Origin: an uncultured Gemmatimonadales bacterium
GTDB lineage: Bacteria; Gemmatimonadota; Gemmatimonadetes; Gemmatimonadales; GWC2-71-9
DNA length: 64,000 nt
Assembly: GCA_963728915.1 (NCBI GenBank)
Contig: CAVSLV010000002.1
Coordinates: 384,001 to 448,000 of the forward strand
Direction of reading: 5' to 3'
The notes beneath the pieces were generated by a model, which saw only the letters and a list, made by a program, of their open reading frames with translations, had not been told where the DNA came from and made no database searches. Positions within the stretch are counted from its first letter, which is position 1. Every line of letters starts with the position of its first letter. The translations under genes were made by a program, and so were the position numbers. This document shows positions 38,376-48,416 of the stretch, in pieces.

Positions 38376-40229
38376 ATGCAGACGTTCGATGTGATCGTGA
38401 TCGGTGGTGGCCACGCCGGGGCGGAGGCCAGTGCCATGGCCGCTCGGCTTGGCCTCGACACACTCCTGCTCACCCAGAACCTCGAGACCATCGGCCAGAT
38501 GTCATGCAATCCCGCGATCGGCGGGATCGCCAAGGGAACCGTGGTACGCGAGGTGGACGCTCTGGGCGGGATCATGGGGCGCGCGACGGATCGAGCACGA
38601 ATCCAATTCCGGATGCTGAATCGTTCGAAGGGGCCGGCAGTGTGGTCGCCCAGAGCGCAGTGCGATCGCGCGCTCTATCGCCGGGCGGTGCGTTCAGAGC
38701 TCGAACGGTTCGAAACGCTTCGATTCGGCCAGGGCACCGTGGCGCGGTTTCTCCTCACCGGAGATCGAGTGGTTGGGGTCGAGACGAGCGATGGGCGTCG
38801 TTACGGGTGCCGGGCGCTGGTTCTCACTGCCGGGACCTTCATCCGGGGGGAGATTCGGGTAGGAACGAAGACGCGCATTCCGGCTGGCAGGGCGGGTGAG
38901 GCGCCGTCTATTGAAATCTCGCAAGCGGTTGCAAGTATTGGAGTTACGATCGAACGCTTCAAAACCGGAACCCCGCCAAGAATTGATGGGAGGACCGTCA
39001 ACTTCGGAGTGTTGGACCGCCAGGATGGTGAGAAGGGTCCGTTCTGGTTTTCCTTTCACGAGAAGCATGATCACCCTCGACAGCTCCCTTGCTACCTGAC
39101 CCACACTACAGATGGTCTCAAGGAGATTGTCACTCGGCACCTCTCAGAGTCTGCGATGTACGGAGGAGCGATCAGTGGCAGGGGCCCGCGCTACTGCCCA
39201 TCCATCGAGGACAAGATCGTCCGGTTTCCCAATGCGGTGCGGCATCAGGTGTTTCTCGAGCCCGAGGGGCTCGATACGTCCGAGATGTACGTCAACGGCC
39301 TTTCGACTTCGCTACCTCCCGAAGTTCAGCTCGCCTACCTCCGAACCGTTCCAGGGCTCGAGCAGGTGGAGATGACCAGGCCAGGCTATGCGATCGAGTA
39401 TGACTATTTCCCCCCGACGCAGCTCGAACGGTCGCTCGCTGTGAAGAGTGTTCATGGTCTCTATTTCGCCGGCCAGATCAACGGGACCACTGGTTACGAA
39501 GAGGCCGCCGGTCAGGGAGTCGTCGCTGGCCTGAACGCCGGGTTGTTCGCCGCAGGCAGGGATCCGGTAGTGCTGGGACGAGATCAGGCCTTCATCGGGG
39601 TCATGGTGGACGATCTGGTAAACCGCGGTGTAGACGAACCGTATCGTCTATTTACCTCGAGGGCGGAGTTCCGCCTCCTTCTCCGACAGGACAACGCACT
39701 CAGGCGGCTATTCCCTCTCGCGAAGCAGCTTGGGCTTCTCTCCGATGACGAGGTCCGAGTCTCCGAGGATCGACTTGGTCGTGAGGAGAGCGTGATGGAG
39801 CTGGCCAGATCCATCGCGATTTCGCCGGAGGCAGCGAATCCCATTTTGATTGGCGCGGACGAGGATCAGATCGAGACGCCAATGCGGATCTCTGACTTGG
39901 CGAGTCGCCCTGGGGTTGACCTGGCCAAGCTCCTTGCGGCGGCAGGCACGACCGGGGATGGTGACCATTCCGGCTGGGCGGCGATCGAGTTCAGATACAG
40001 GGGCTATATCGACCGGGAAAGAGAAGCGGCTGATCGACTCAGCCGGCTAGAGTCGTTTGAGATTCCGGAGGACCTCATCTACGAATCCGCCGAGACGCTC
40101 TCATACGAGGCGAGGGAAAAGCTCTCCAAGAGAAAGCCACGAAGCCTCGGTGAGGCGGCCAGGATCCCAGGTGTTCGCCAGAGCGATCTCCAGAACCTGG
40201 TAGTCGAAGTGATCAAGCGCAGGGGTTAG
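38376..40229 (+). CDS. mnmG: tRNA uridine-5-carboxymethylaminomethyl synthesis enzyme MnmG (GidA)
   Basis: GGGHAG, MSCNPAIGG, FKTGTPPR, GPRYCPSIEDK and AGQINGTTGYEEAA. Confidence 0.99.
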   Translation: MQTFDVIVIGGGHAGAEASAMAARLGLDTLLLTQNLETIGQMSCNPAIGGIAKGTVVREVDALGGIMGRATDRARIQFRMLNRSKGPAVWSPRAQCDRALYRRAVRSELERFETLRFGQGTVARFLLTGDRVVGVETSDGRRYGCRALVLTAGTFIRGEIRVGTKTRIPAGRAGEAPSIEISQAVASIGVTIERFKTGTPPRIDGRTVNFGVLDRQDGEKGPFWFSFHEKHDHPRQLPCYLTHTTDGLKEIVTRHLSESAMYGGAISGRGPRYCPSIEDKIVRFPNAVRHQVFLEPEGLDTSEMYVNGLSTSLPPEVQLAYLRTVPGLEQVEMTRPGYAIEYDYFPPTQLERSLAVKSVHGLYFAGQINGTTGYEEAAGQGVVAGLNAGLFAAGRDPVVLGRDQAFIGVMVDDLVNRGVDEPYRLFTSRAEFRLLLRQDNALRRLFPLAKQLGLLSDDEVRVSEDRLGREESVMELARSIAISPEAANPILIGADEDQIETPMRISDLASRPGVDLAKLLAAAGTTGDGDHSGWAAIEFRYRGYIDREREAADRLSRLESFEIPEDLIYESAETLSYEAREKLSKRKPRSLGEAARIPGVRQSDLQNLVVEVIKRRG

Positions 40230-40235
40230 ACGCAA

Positions 40236-40332
40236 CTTTTCACGTGAAACCCAGCCAAGCCACTCAATAAATGAAAGTTGATGCTTTTCACGTGAAAACA
40301 GCGTATATTGAGCGCGAATTCCACGTTCAACA
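40236..40332. promoter_or_regulatory. parS: parS centromere sites (two strong, one degenerate)
   Basis: cTTTTCACGTGAAACc (40236-51), cTTTTCACGTGAAAAc (40284-99) and aaTTCCACGTtcAACA (40317-32) versus consensus TGTTTCACGTGAAACA; upstream of parA. Confidence 0.85.
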
Positions 40333-40397
40333 TACTTGTGGTGTTTTTTAATTAACTTCATTTATATCAATTAGTTACAGTTCAATCACAGGTCCAG

Positions 40398-41234
40398 ATG
40401 GCGCGCACCATAGCGATCGCCAACCAGAAGGGCGGAGTCGGTAAGACCACTACGGCGGTCAACCTGGCGGCTTCGCTGGCGACCGCCGAGCGGAGGACCC
40501 TACTGGTCGATGCCGATCCCCAGGGCAACGCCACCAGCGGGGTCGGCATGGAGAAAACACTTTCTCCTTCTCTTTACGATCTCCTGGTGGAGCGTGCCAC
40601 CGCGCGCGAAGTGATTCGGCGCGATGCCGAGCTCCCGTTTCTCTCGATCGCGCCGGCCACCCAGGATCTGGTGGGCGCCGAGCTCGAGCTGGTGGATCTT
40701 CCGCACCGGGAAACCCGATTGCGCGATGCGCTTCAGGCATCCCGCTCGGACTTCGACTACCTGATCATCGACTGTCCACCATCGCTCGGACTCATCACCC
40801 TCAACGTGCTGACCGCCGCCGATGGGGTGATCATCCCGATTCAGTGTGAGTACTACGCATTGGAGGGCATCAGCCAGCTCCTCAACACGATCCGGCTGGT
40901 GCAACAGAATTTCAATCCGGCGCTCGCGATCGACGGCGTGCTGCTCACCATGTACGACTCCCGTCTCAACCTCTGCCGTCAGGTCGCCAAGGACGCGAAG
41001 GAGTTCTTCACCTCGAAGGTCTTTCGCACCGTGATCCCCCGCAATGTCCGGCTGGCCGAAGCGCCAAGCTTCGGCAAGCCGATTCTCATGTACGACGTGC
41101 AGTCGGTCGGTTCCAAAAGCTATCTCTCGGTTGCGCAGGAGCTCCTCCGGCGCGTCGAACCGGGAGCCACTCCCACTTCCATCGAAACGCCGAGCGCGGC
41201 GGGCGTCGGCGGCGGAGAGGAGCAGGGATCGTGA
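40398..41234 (+). CDS. parA: Chromosome partitioning ATPase ParA/Soj
   Basis: NQKGGVGKTT, DADPQGNAT, IDCPPSLG and PRNVRLAEAPSFG. Confidence 0.97.
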   Translation: MARTIAIANQKGGVGKTTTAVNLAASLATAERRTLLVDADPQGNATSGVGMEKTLSPSLYDLLVERATAREVIRRDAELPFLSIAPATQDLVGAELELVDLPHRETRLRDALQASRSDFDYLIIDCPPSLGLITLNVLTAADGVIIPIQCEYYALEGISQLLNTIRLVQQNFNPALAIDGVLLTMYDSRLNLCRQVAKDAKEFFTSKVFRTVIPRNVRLAEAPSFGKPILMYDVQSVGSKSYLSVAQELLRRVEPGATPTSIETPSAAGVGGGEEQGS

Positions 41235-42133
41235 GCGAAACCAAACGACTCGGCCGGGGCCTCGAGGCCCTCCTGGGTCCGATGACGCGGGATGAAGTCC
41301 AGGCGCAGGGCGGGGCTCGGGAAATCGCGGTCGCGGCAATCGACCCTAACCCGTATCAGCCCCGTCACGAGTTCGAGCCCACCGCGCTTCAGGAGCTGGC
41401 CGATTCGATCGAGGCCTCGGGACTGCTCCAGCCGATCGCAGTTCGTTCCGGGAAAGACGGCCGCTACGAGCTGATTGCGGGAGAGCGGCGCTGGCGCGCG
41501 GTGCAGCGACTCGGCTGGAAGGAGATCCCCGCAGTGGTGCGCGAGGTGGACGACCGGTCCCTGCTTACCCTCGCCCTGATCGAGAACCTCCAGCGCGACG
41601 ATCTCTCGCCGCTCGATGCGGCCCGGGGATACCGCCGGCTCATGGAGGAGTTCTCGATTGCGCAGCAGGAAGTCGCCCGCCTGGTTGGGAAGGATCGCTC
41701 GACCGTCAGCAACACGTTGCGCCTGCTCCAGCTCGCCCCGGAGGTTCTGGCGCTGCTCGAGCAGCGGCGGATCGCCGAAGGCCACGCCCGCGCCCTGCTG
41801 GCTCTGGCAGAGCCGCGCGAGCGTCTTCGTCTGGCCCGGGAGTGCGCCGAGCAGGAGTGGTCGGTCCGGGAGCTCGAGTCGCGGGTCCGGGGCGAGGTTC
41901 CGCCGATCGGCAAGCCGGTGACGCGGAAGCTGCTGCGCCGGACCAAACCCGACGGCCGGAGTCCCACGGCGGAGATCCGGCAGATCGAGGAAGCATTCCG
42001 GAAACGGCTGCAGACCGATGTCCGGGTGACCGCCCGGCGCCGCGGTCGCGGCGCCATCACCATCCACTACTACTCGAACGACGACCTGACCCGGTTGCTC
42101 GAGCTGGTGCTTGGGGAGCCGTTTCGGGGATGA
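41231..42133 (+). CDS. parB: Chromosome partitioning protein ParB/Spo0J
   Basis: LGRGLEALL, PNPYQPR, AGERRWRA and ENLQRDDL. Confidence 0.97.
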   Translation: MSETKRLGRGLEALLGPMTRDEVQAQGGAREIAVAAIDPNPYQPRHEFEPTALQELADSIEASGLLQPIAVRSGKDGRYELIAGERRWRAVQRLGWKEIPAVVREVDDRSLLTLALIENLQRDDLSPLDAARGYRRLMEEFSIAQQEVARLVGKDRSTVSNTLRLLQLAPEVLALLEQRRIAEGHARALLALAEPRERLRLARECAEQEWSVRELESRVRGEVPPIGKPVTRKLLRRTKPDGRSPTAEIRQIEEAFRKRLQTDVRVTARRRGRGAITIHYYSNDDLTRLLELVLGEPFRG

Positions 42134-42921
42134 GACCGGGGGGCCGGCGGGTCTCCATCATCGTACAGCGGGATGGGGACCTGCACGGCCGAACCTGGCG
42201 GCTTTCCCTGTGGCTGTTGCGGTCCACCGTGGTGTTCCTGGTCGTGCTCCTGGTCGCCATCGGTCTCGGTCTCGCGTTCTTCACGCCGATCGCGCGGCAG
42301 GCCGCGCGGGTGCCGGCCCTAACCCGCAATATCGAACGACTCGAAACCGACAACCGACGAGTCCGGGAACTCGCCTCGGCCCTCGATTCCGTCGAGGCCA
42401 GCTACTCCCGGCTTCGCCAGATGGTGGGGGCGGATATCGTTCCCGACCGGATGGCGCTGACGAGCCCGCTGACGCTCGCGCCGCCGGTCTATGCCGCGGT
42501 CCCCGGAACCGCCTTGCCCGATAGCGGGGCTTCGATTCCCCACTTCTGGCCTCTGGATGAGCGCGGGTTTGTGACCCGCGGTCAGGCGGCCGGAGGTCCC
42601 GAGGAGGAGGAGCATCCGGGGGTCGATATCGCGGTGCCGGTCGGCAGTATTGTGCGCGCCACCGGCGGAGCGGTAGTCTTGCAGACCGGGGCCCAGGCGG
42701 AATACGGCAATTTCGTGCTCCTGGAGCACCCCCAGGGATACCAGTCCATGTACGGGCATCTGTCCCGGATTCTGGCGGTGCCGGGGACCCGGGTCGCCGC
42801 CGGCGAGGTGATTGCCTTGAGCGGAAACACCGGACGGTCCACGGCTCCACATTTGCATTTCGAAATCCGCCTGAATGGCGTCTCGATCGATCCAGGAACG
42901 CTGGTGAAGGAGGAACGCTGA
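42130..42921 (+). CDS. M23 family metallopeptidase with TM and coiled coil
   Basis: HPGVD, YGHLS and GNTGRSTAPHLHFE. Confidence 0.92.
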   Translation: MRPGGRRVSIIVQRDGDLHGRTWRLSLWLLRSTVVFLVVLLVAIGLGLAFFTPIARQAARVPALTRNIERLETDNRRVRELASALDSVEASYSRLRQMVGADIVPDRMALTSPLTLAPPVYAAVPGTALPDSGASIPHFWPLDERGFVTRGQAAGGPEEEEHPGVDIAVPVGSIVRATGGAVVLQTGAQAEYGNFVLLEHPQGYQSMYGHLSRILAVPGTRVAAGEVIALSGNTGRSTAPHLHFEIRLNGVSIDPGTLVKEER

Positions 42922-43313
42922 TGGGACTGTTTCGGGAAGCTGCGCCTCCGGCGATCGAGCGCCGGCGTAACGGCCAGGGGAACGGCGGCCTTTCCATCGT
43001 CGCGCGGGACCTGACGGTGACCGGAGACCTCGAGGCGGCAGGAGTGATCCGGATCGAGGGGCGGGTCCTCGGGAACGTCCAGGCGGGCGACCAGGTATTG
43101 CTCGCCGAAGACGCCACCATCGAAGGGAATGTGGCCGCCCGGGAGGCCGTGATCGGTGGCCGGGTGCAGGGGTCCATCGTCGCCTCGGAGCGGATCGAGA
43201 TCCAGGCAGACGCGATCGTCGAAGGCGATCTCGTCACACCAAGGCTGCTCATTCAAGAGGGTGGGCGCGTGAACGGCGGCATTCGAATGGAGATGGTGAG
43301 CGTTGCGCCGTAG
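42921..43313 (+). CDS. Bactofilin (polymer-forming cytoskeletal protein)
   Basis: SIVARDLTVTGDL...IRIEGRVLGNV...IEGNV...VEGDL beta-helix repeats. Confidence 0.92.
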   Translation: MGLFREAAPPAIERRRNGQGNGGLSIVARDLTVTGDLEAAGVIRIEGRVLGNVQAGDQVLLAEDATIEGNVAAREAVIGGRVQGSIVASERIEIQADAIVEGDLVTPRLLIQEGGRVNGGIRMEMVSVAP

Positions 43314-44271
43314 CGCGGCAGCCCTCCTTCTCCTGGCTGCCGCTTGCTCCCACCAAGCCGAAACAGAGGGATTCCGAGTGGCCCTGGTGACCCCGGGCTC
43401 CATCGCCGACGCGGCCTGGAACTCAGGGGCCTACGCCGGCCTGCTCGCCATCCGCGATTCCCTGGGCGCCCAGGTGAGCCAGGTCGAGGCAAGAACACCC
43501 GCCGAGCAGGCCGAAGCACTGCGAACCTACGCGCGACAGGGCTACCGCCTGGTCTTCGGCCACGGGTTCGAGTTCCAGGATCCTGCCGAGCGGATCGCGG
43601 CGGAAGCGCTCAACACCATCTTCGTGGTCACATCGGGTGAGCGAGTCGCGACCACCGGCAACGTGGTTCCGCTCTGGTTCGGAATCGAGGAAGCGACCTA
43701 CCTCGCCGGCATGGCCGCCGGCTCCCTGACCCGCACCGACAAGATCGGGTTCGTCGGCGGGATGGAGCTGCCGCCGATCGTGCGGGGATATGATGGATGG
43801 CTGAATGGGGCGCGGGCGGTGAACCCGCGGGTCCAGACCCGGATCACCTGGCTCAATACCTTCGACGACGTCGCGGCCGGCCGAGAGGCCGCGCTGGCGA
43901 TGATCCGGTCCGGCGTGGACATGCTCCATCACAATGCCGACCAGGCCGCGCTCGGACTGTTTCAGGCGGCGAAGGAGAGTCCCGGGGTCTATGCGTTCGG
44001 TGCGAACCTGGATCAACGCGACCTCGCCCCGGAGCGCGTGGTCGGGTCCGTGGTGATCGACCTTCCCCGAGCCTTTCTGGCGATTGCCAGGGAAGTCCAG
44101 GAGAACCGGTTCACGCCGAGGGTGGAGCGGTTCGGGCTCGCGGGAGGAGTCATCCGCTATGAGGCGAATCCTTCGGTGGGAATCCAGATTCCAGCGTCGC
44201 TTTCCGCCCGGCTGACCGCCGCGAGCGATTCGATCATTGCCGGCACCCTGAACCCGCTCACGGTCCACTAG
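43303..44271 (+). CDS. BMP-family ABC substrate-binding lipoprotein
   Basis: AAAC lipobox, GSIADAAWN, FGHGFEF and KIGFVGG. Confidence 0.9.
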   Translation: MRRSAAALLLLAAACSHQAETEGFRVALVTPGSIADAAWNSGAYAGLLAIRDSLGAQVSQVEARTPAEQAEALRTYARQGYRLVFGHGFEFQDPAERIAAEALNTIFVVTSGERVATTGNVVPLWFGIEEATYLAGMAAGSLTRTDKIGFVGGMELPPIVRGYDGWLNGARAVNPRVQTRITWLNTFDDVAAGREAALAMIRSGVDMLHHNADQAALGLFQAAKESPGVYAFGANLDQRDLAPERVVGSVVIDLPRAFLAIAREVQENRFTPRVERFGLAGGVIRYEANPSVGIQIPASLSARLTAASDSIIAGTLNPLTVH

Positions 44272-44276
44272 TCACC

Positions 44277-45056
44277 ATGGCCATCTCGGTCGGGTTGCGG
44301 GAGCTGGTCGAGTTCCTCGATCACTACTTGCGCCGAGCCGAGATCCCGGACGAACCCAACGCGGTCAACGGCCTCCAGGTCGAGAACGCATCGGGATCGG
44401 TGCAGCGGATCGTGGCCGCGGTGGATGCGAGTCTCGAAACCATCCAGGGAGCCGCGGACGCCTCGACTGGGCCGGCCCTACTGCTGGTGCATCACGGACT
44501 CTTCTGGGACGGAAGCATTCCAATTGCGGGGCGGCGCTATCGACGGGTCCGCGCTCTGTTCGACCATGATACGGCGCTCTACGCGGCCCACATTCCGCTC
44601 GACGTCCATCCGGTCGTCGGCAACAACGTGGTGCTGGCCCGGGAGCTTGGCCTCGCCGAGCAGCAGCCGTTCGATCAGTACCGCGGTGTCCCGATCGGAG
44701 TTCAGGGAGTGTTCGACCCGCCGCTCGATCGGGACGAGCTGGTATTGCGACTGGAGCAGCTCCTTTCCACCGATGCGCGCCTCATCTCCGGAGGGCCCGA
44801 ACGGGCTCGCCGCGTCGGGGTGATCACGGGAGCCGCTGGCGGTCGTATCGCCGCCGCGCGTGACGCCGGGCTCGATACCTATATCACCGGCGAAGGGGCG
44901 CACCATACCTACTTTGACGCCATGGAATTCGGGGTGAACGTGATCTATGCCGGTCATTATTCCACCGAGACCGTCGGGGTGAAAGCCCTCGCGGCTCACC
45001 TCAGTGAACGATTCGGGATTCCCTGGGAGTTTCATCGCCATCCCACCGGGCTCTGA
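44277..45056 (+). CDS. Nif3-like dinuclear metal centre protein
   Basis: NGLQV, VHHGLFW, HIPLD, ITGE and AGHYSTE. Confidence 0.93.
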   Translation: MAISVGLRELVEFLDHYLRRAEIPDEPNAVNGLQVENASGSVQRIVAAVDASLETIQGAADASTGPALLLVHHGLFWDGSIPIAGRRYRRVRALFDHDTALYAAHIPLDVHPVVGNNVVLARELGLAEQQPFDQYRGVPIGVQGVFDPPLDRDELVLRLEQLLSTDARLISGGPERARRVGVITGAAGGRIAAARDAGLDTYITGEGAHHTYFDAMEFGVNVIYAGHYSTETVGVKALAAHLSERFGIPWEFHRHPTGL

Positions 45057-46437
45057 CCGAGCCGGGGCCCGCCCGGCGCTTTCCCTCTGCGGCATTTCCA
45101 AACGCTTTGGAGCGACCACCGCGCTCCAGGAAGTCGACTTCTCCATTCGCCCGGGCGAGATCCACGCCCTCCTCGGCGAGAACGGAGCCGGGAAGTCGAC
45201 CCTGATGCACCTTGGATTCGGGATGCTGGCCCCCGATGCGGGAACGATCCGGGTCGCGGGTGAGGTGGTGCGGCTTCGATCGCCGCGCGACGCGCGACGA
45301 TATCGGATCGGGATGGTGCACCAGCATTTCACCAGCATCGACTTCCTGTCCACCCGCGAAAACGTGGAGCTGGCCGTCGGCCGGAGACTCGACCGCTCGT
45401 TCACATGGGATGCAGGACTACTCCAGGGCATCGACCCGAACCGCCGGACCGGAGACTTGCCGGTCGCCCTGCGCCAGCGTCTGGAGATCGCCAAGGCGCT
45501 CGCCGCCGGGGCGGAGGTGCTGCTGCTGGATGAACCGAGCGCCGTGCTGGCGCCCAGCGAAGTGCTGGAGCTGCTCGGGCTGGTTCGGGCCTTCGCGGCG
45601 AAAGGAGGCGCGATCGCGCTCATCACCCACAAATTGCCCGAGGTCTTCGCCGCGGCGGATCGAGTAACCGTGCTGCGAAAAGGCCGGGTCACGCTCCATG
45701 GTTCGGTGAAAGAACAAACCGAGTCCACCCTCGCGCGGGCGATGATCGGAGAGGCGGATCTTCCCAGGCGGGCGGTCGGTGTCACGCCAACGCCGCAGCT
45801 TCGGGGAGACCCTCTGATCCGGATCGGGGCCGTCGAGATCCACGCCGGAGAGCTGGTCGGTCTCGCCGCCATCGAAGGACAGGGCCATCGAGAGCTGCTT
45901 CGCCGGATTGCCAACACCGACGGGGTGGTCCTGGTGCCGGAGGATCGGACCACCGAGGGATTGATCCCCGAGATGACCCTGACGGAGAACCTCGTGCTCG
46001 GACGAGACGATGACCCCCGATGGCGACGGGGCTTCCGGTTGCAATGGTCGGCCGCCCGAGCTCACGCGACAGCCGTCATCGAGGCGTACCAGATCACGGC
46101 GGGGGGCCCCGACGTCTTCGCCATGAGTCTCTCCGGCGGGAACCAGCAGCGGGTCATGATCGCGCGGGCCCTGGAGAGCCGGCCCCGGGTCTTGGTAGTC
46201 GAGAATCCGTTTCGGGGACTCGATCTTCGGGCCATCACCGCGATCCGCGACCGGCTCCGGTCGGCGGCGGAGCAGGGAATCGCGGTGCTGGTCTACTCCA
46301 CCGATCTCGACGAAGTCATCGACCTTGCGGGGCGGATGCTCGTGGTCCGGAACCACGAGGTACGGGAGGCTCCGCGCGGGGCCGATCGACAAGTCATCGG
46401 TCGGTTGATGCTCGGGCTTTCTGAGGGCGACGCGTAA
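45004..46437 (+). CDS. Nucleoside/sugar ABC importer ATP-binding protein (double NBD; start uncertain)
   Basis: GENGAGKST, IGMVHQHF, LDEPS and LSGGNQQR. Confidence 0.9.
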   Translation: MNDSGFPGSFIAIPPGSDRAGARPALSLCGISKRFGATTALQEVDFSIRPGEIHALLGENGAGKSTLMHLGFGMLAPDAGTIRVAGEVVRLRSPRDARRYRIGMVHQHFTSIDFLSTRENVELAVGRRLDRSFTWDAGLLQGIDPNRRTGDLPVALRQRLEIAKALAAGAEVLLLDEPSAVLAPSEVLELLGLVRAFAAKGGAIALITHKLPEVFAAADRVTVLRKGRVTLHGSVKEQTESTLARAMIGEADLPRRAVGVTPTPQLRGDPLIRIGAVEIHAGELVGLAAIEGQGHRELLRRIANTDGVVLVPEDRTTEGLIPEMTLTENLVLGRDDDPRWRRGFRLQWSAARAHATAVIEAYQITAGGPDVFAMSLSGGNQQRVMIARALESRPRVLVVENPFRGLDLRAITAIRDRLRSAAEQGIAVLVYSTDLDEVIDLAGRMLVVRNHEVREAPRGADRQVIGRLMLGLSEGDA

Positions 46438-46438
46438 C

Positions 46439-47488
46439 ATGAGGTCGGGCTGGCTCCGCGCCGCCATGGTCGGATTCGTCGCGGTCGCGGCTGGATTCGC
46501 AGTGCTCGCCGCCGGGCTGGTGCTGCTCGGCTACGACGCCGGGCTCGCATTCGAGGCGATGTTCCGGGGCGCCCTGGGAAGCAGCGACGCATTTCTTTCC
46601 GCCACCCTGGTTCGGTCGGTTCCCCTGATCATCCTCGGGCTGGGCGTCGCGCTCGCCTTCCAGGCCGGGGCACTCAACATCGGAGCGGACGGACAGTTCT
46701 ATGCCGGAGCGATTGCGGCGGTCTGGGTCGGCCAGCATGTGAATGGCTGGCCCGGGCCCCTGGCCATTCCGGCGGTGCTGGTGGGGGCTTCGATTGCCGG
46801 AGCCGTGTGGATCCTGATTCCAGCGCTGCTCCGTCTCCGATTCGGGGTCCTCGAGGTCATCACGACCCTGCTTCTCAATTTCGTGGCGGTCGCCCTGGTG
46901 AGTTACGCGGTGACCGGGCCGCTCCAGGAGCACACCCGGTTCTATCCGCAGAGCGATCCGATCGCGGAATCCGCGCGGTTGCCGGTGGTCCCGGGGAGCC
47001 GGCTCCACCTCGGGTTTCTGGTGGCCGTCCTGATCGCGGGATTGCTCTGGGGGTATCTGCGCTCCACGGCATCCGGGTTCCGGCTCCGCGCGGCGGGATT
47101 GAGCCCGCGAGCCGCGGAGGTGGCGGGACGGATTCCGGTGGCGCGGATCATCGCCGGCGCCCTGCTCGGATCGGGCGCGCTCGCCGGGTTAGGCGGCGGG
47201 ATCGAGGTTTCGGGGGTTTCCTACAGCCTCTTCGCCAACCTCTCTCCCGGATACGGATTCACCGCGATCGCGGTCGCCCTGCTCGGACGTCTTCACCCTC
47301 TCGGGGTTCTCGCGGCGGGCCTTTTGTTCGGGGCCCTCGAGGCCGGCGCTCAGGGGATGCAGCGGGACGCCGGCGTCCCCGCCGTCGCCGTCGCCGTGGT
47401 GGAGGCGGTGGTGATCATCGCGGTTCTGCTGGCCGAGGGAGGGGTGCGGCGAAGCTTGAGCGTCGCGGGAGCGATCGGCGATGGCTGA
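46439..47488 (+). CDS. ABC importer permease
   Basis: LNIGADGQ, EVITTLLLNF and GYGFTAIAVALLG. Confidence 0.9.
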   Translation: MRSGWLRAAMVGFVAVAAGFAVLAAGLVLLGYDAGLAFEAMFRGALGSSDAFLSATLVRSVPLIILGLGVALAFQAGALNIGADGQFYAGAIAAVWVGQHVNGWPGPLAIPAVLVGASIAGAVWILIPALLRLRFGVLEVITTLLLNFVAVALVSYAVTGPLQEHTRFYPQSDPIAESARLPVVPGSRLHLGFLVAVLIAGLLWGYLRSTASGFRLRAAGLSPRAAEVAGRIPVARIIAGALLGSGALAGLGGGIEVSGVSYSLFANLSPGYGFTAIAVALLGRLHPLGVLAAGLLFGALEAGAQGMQRDAGVPAVAVAVVEAVVIIAVLLAEGGVRRSLSVAGAIGDG

Positions 47489-48386
47489 GGCCCAGACGCT
47501 CGGCTTCCTCGCCGCCACCATCCGGATCTCCACCCCGCTCCTTCTCGCGGCCACCGGGGAGATGATCACGGAACGCGCCGGGGTCATCAATCTCGGAATC
47601 GAGGGCGCCATGCTCTCCGGCGCGCTCGGGGCGGCGATCGGTGCGATCTCGGGAGGGCCGTGGGTTGGATTGGCGGTCGGGATGCTCTCGGGTCTGCTGA
47701 TCACCGGTTGTTTCGGCGTCATCGTCGTGTACGGCAGAGCCCAGCAGATCATTGCCGGTACCGCCATCACGCTCGGCGCCATCGGGCTCACCGGGGTGGT
47801 CTACCGGGCCCGGTTCGGTGCCGAGGGCGCGGGGCTCTCGGTGCCGACTCTCCCGCTGGTCCGGGTCCCCGGGCTGGGCGGCCTTCCCGGCCTGGGCCCG
47901 GTGCTGTTCCGGCAATCGCCCCTCACCTATCTGAGCTGGGTGGCCGTGGGGATCGCCGGCTGGTTCCTGTTCCGGACCTGGTGGGGGTTGGCCCTGCGGG
48001 CCACTGGAGAATCGGCCCAAGCGGCGCGGGCCGCGGGCGTCCCGGTGGCGCGGGTTAGGATGGCGGCGATTCTCGCAGGGGGCGGCATGGCGGGTCTGGC
48101 CGGCGCCACTCTGGTGCTCGCCCAGGTGGGAACCTTCGCGGAGAACATGACCGCCGGCCGCGGGTTCATCGCGATTGCGATCGTGGTGCTGGGACGGTGG
48201 CACCCGATCGGAGTGGTGCTGGCTGCGTGGCTCTTCGGGGTGGCGGGAGCGCTCCAATTCACGGTCCAGGCTGCGGGCCTCGACGTACCCTATCAGCTCG
48301 CTCTCGCGCTGCCCTATCTCCTCGCCCTGCTGGCGCTTGCCGGAGCCTGGGGGCGCTCACGGGCACCCGCCGCGCTGGGCAGGTAG
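47481..48386 (+). CDS. ABC importer permease
   Basis: ERAGVINLGIEG and AGRGFIAIAIV. Confidence 0.9.
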   Translation: MAEAQTLGFLAATIRISTPLLLAATGEMITERAGVINLGIEGAMLSGALGAAIGAISGGPWVGLAVGMLSGLLITGCFGVIVVYGRAQQIIAGTAITLGAIGLTGVVYRARFGAEGAGLSVPTLPLVRVPGLGGLPGLGPVLFRQSPLTYLSWVAVGIAGWFLFRTWWGLALRATGESAQAARAAGVPVARVRMAAILAGGGMAGLAGATLVLAQVGTFAENMTAGRGFIAIAIVVLGRWHPIGVVLAAWLFGVAGALQFTVQAAGLDVPYQLALALPYLLALLALAGAWGRSRAPAALGR

Positions 48387-48416
48387 CTTCCTCCCGACGG
48401 TTTCAACGAGGTTCCA

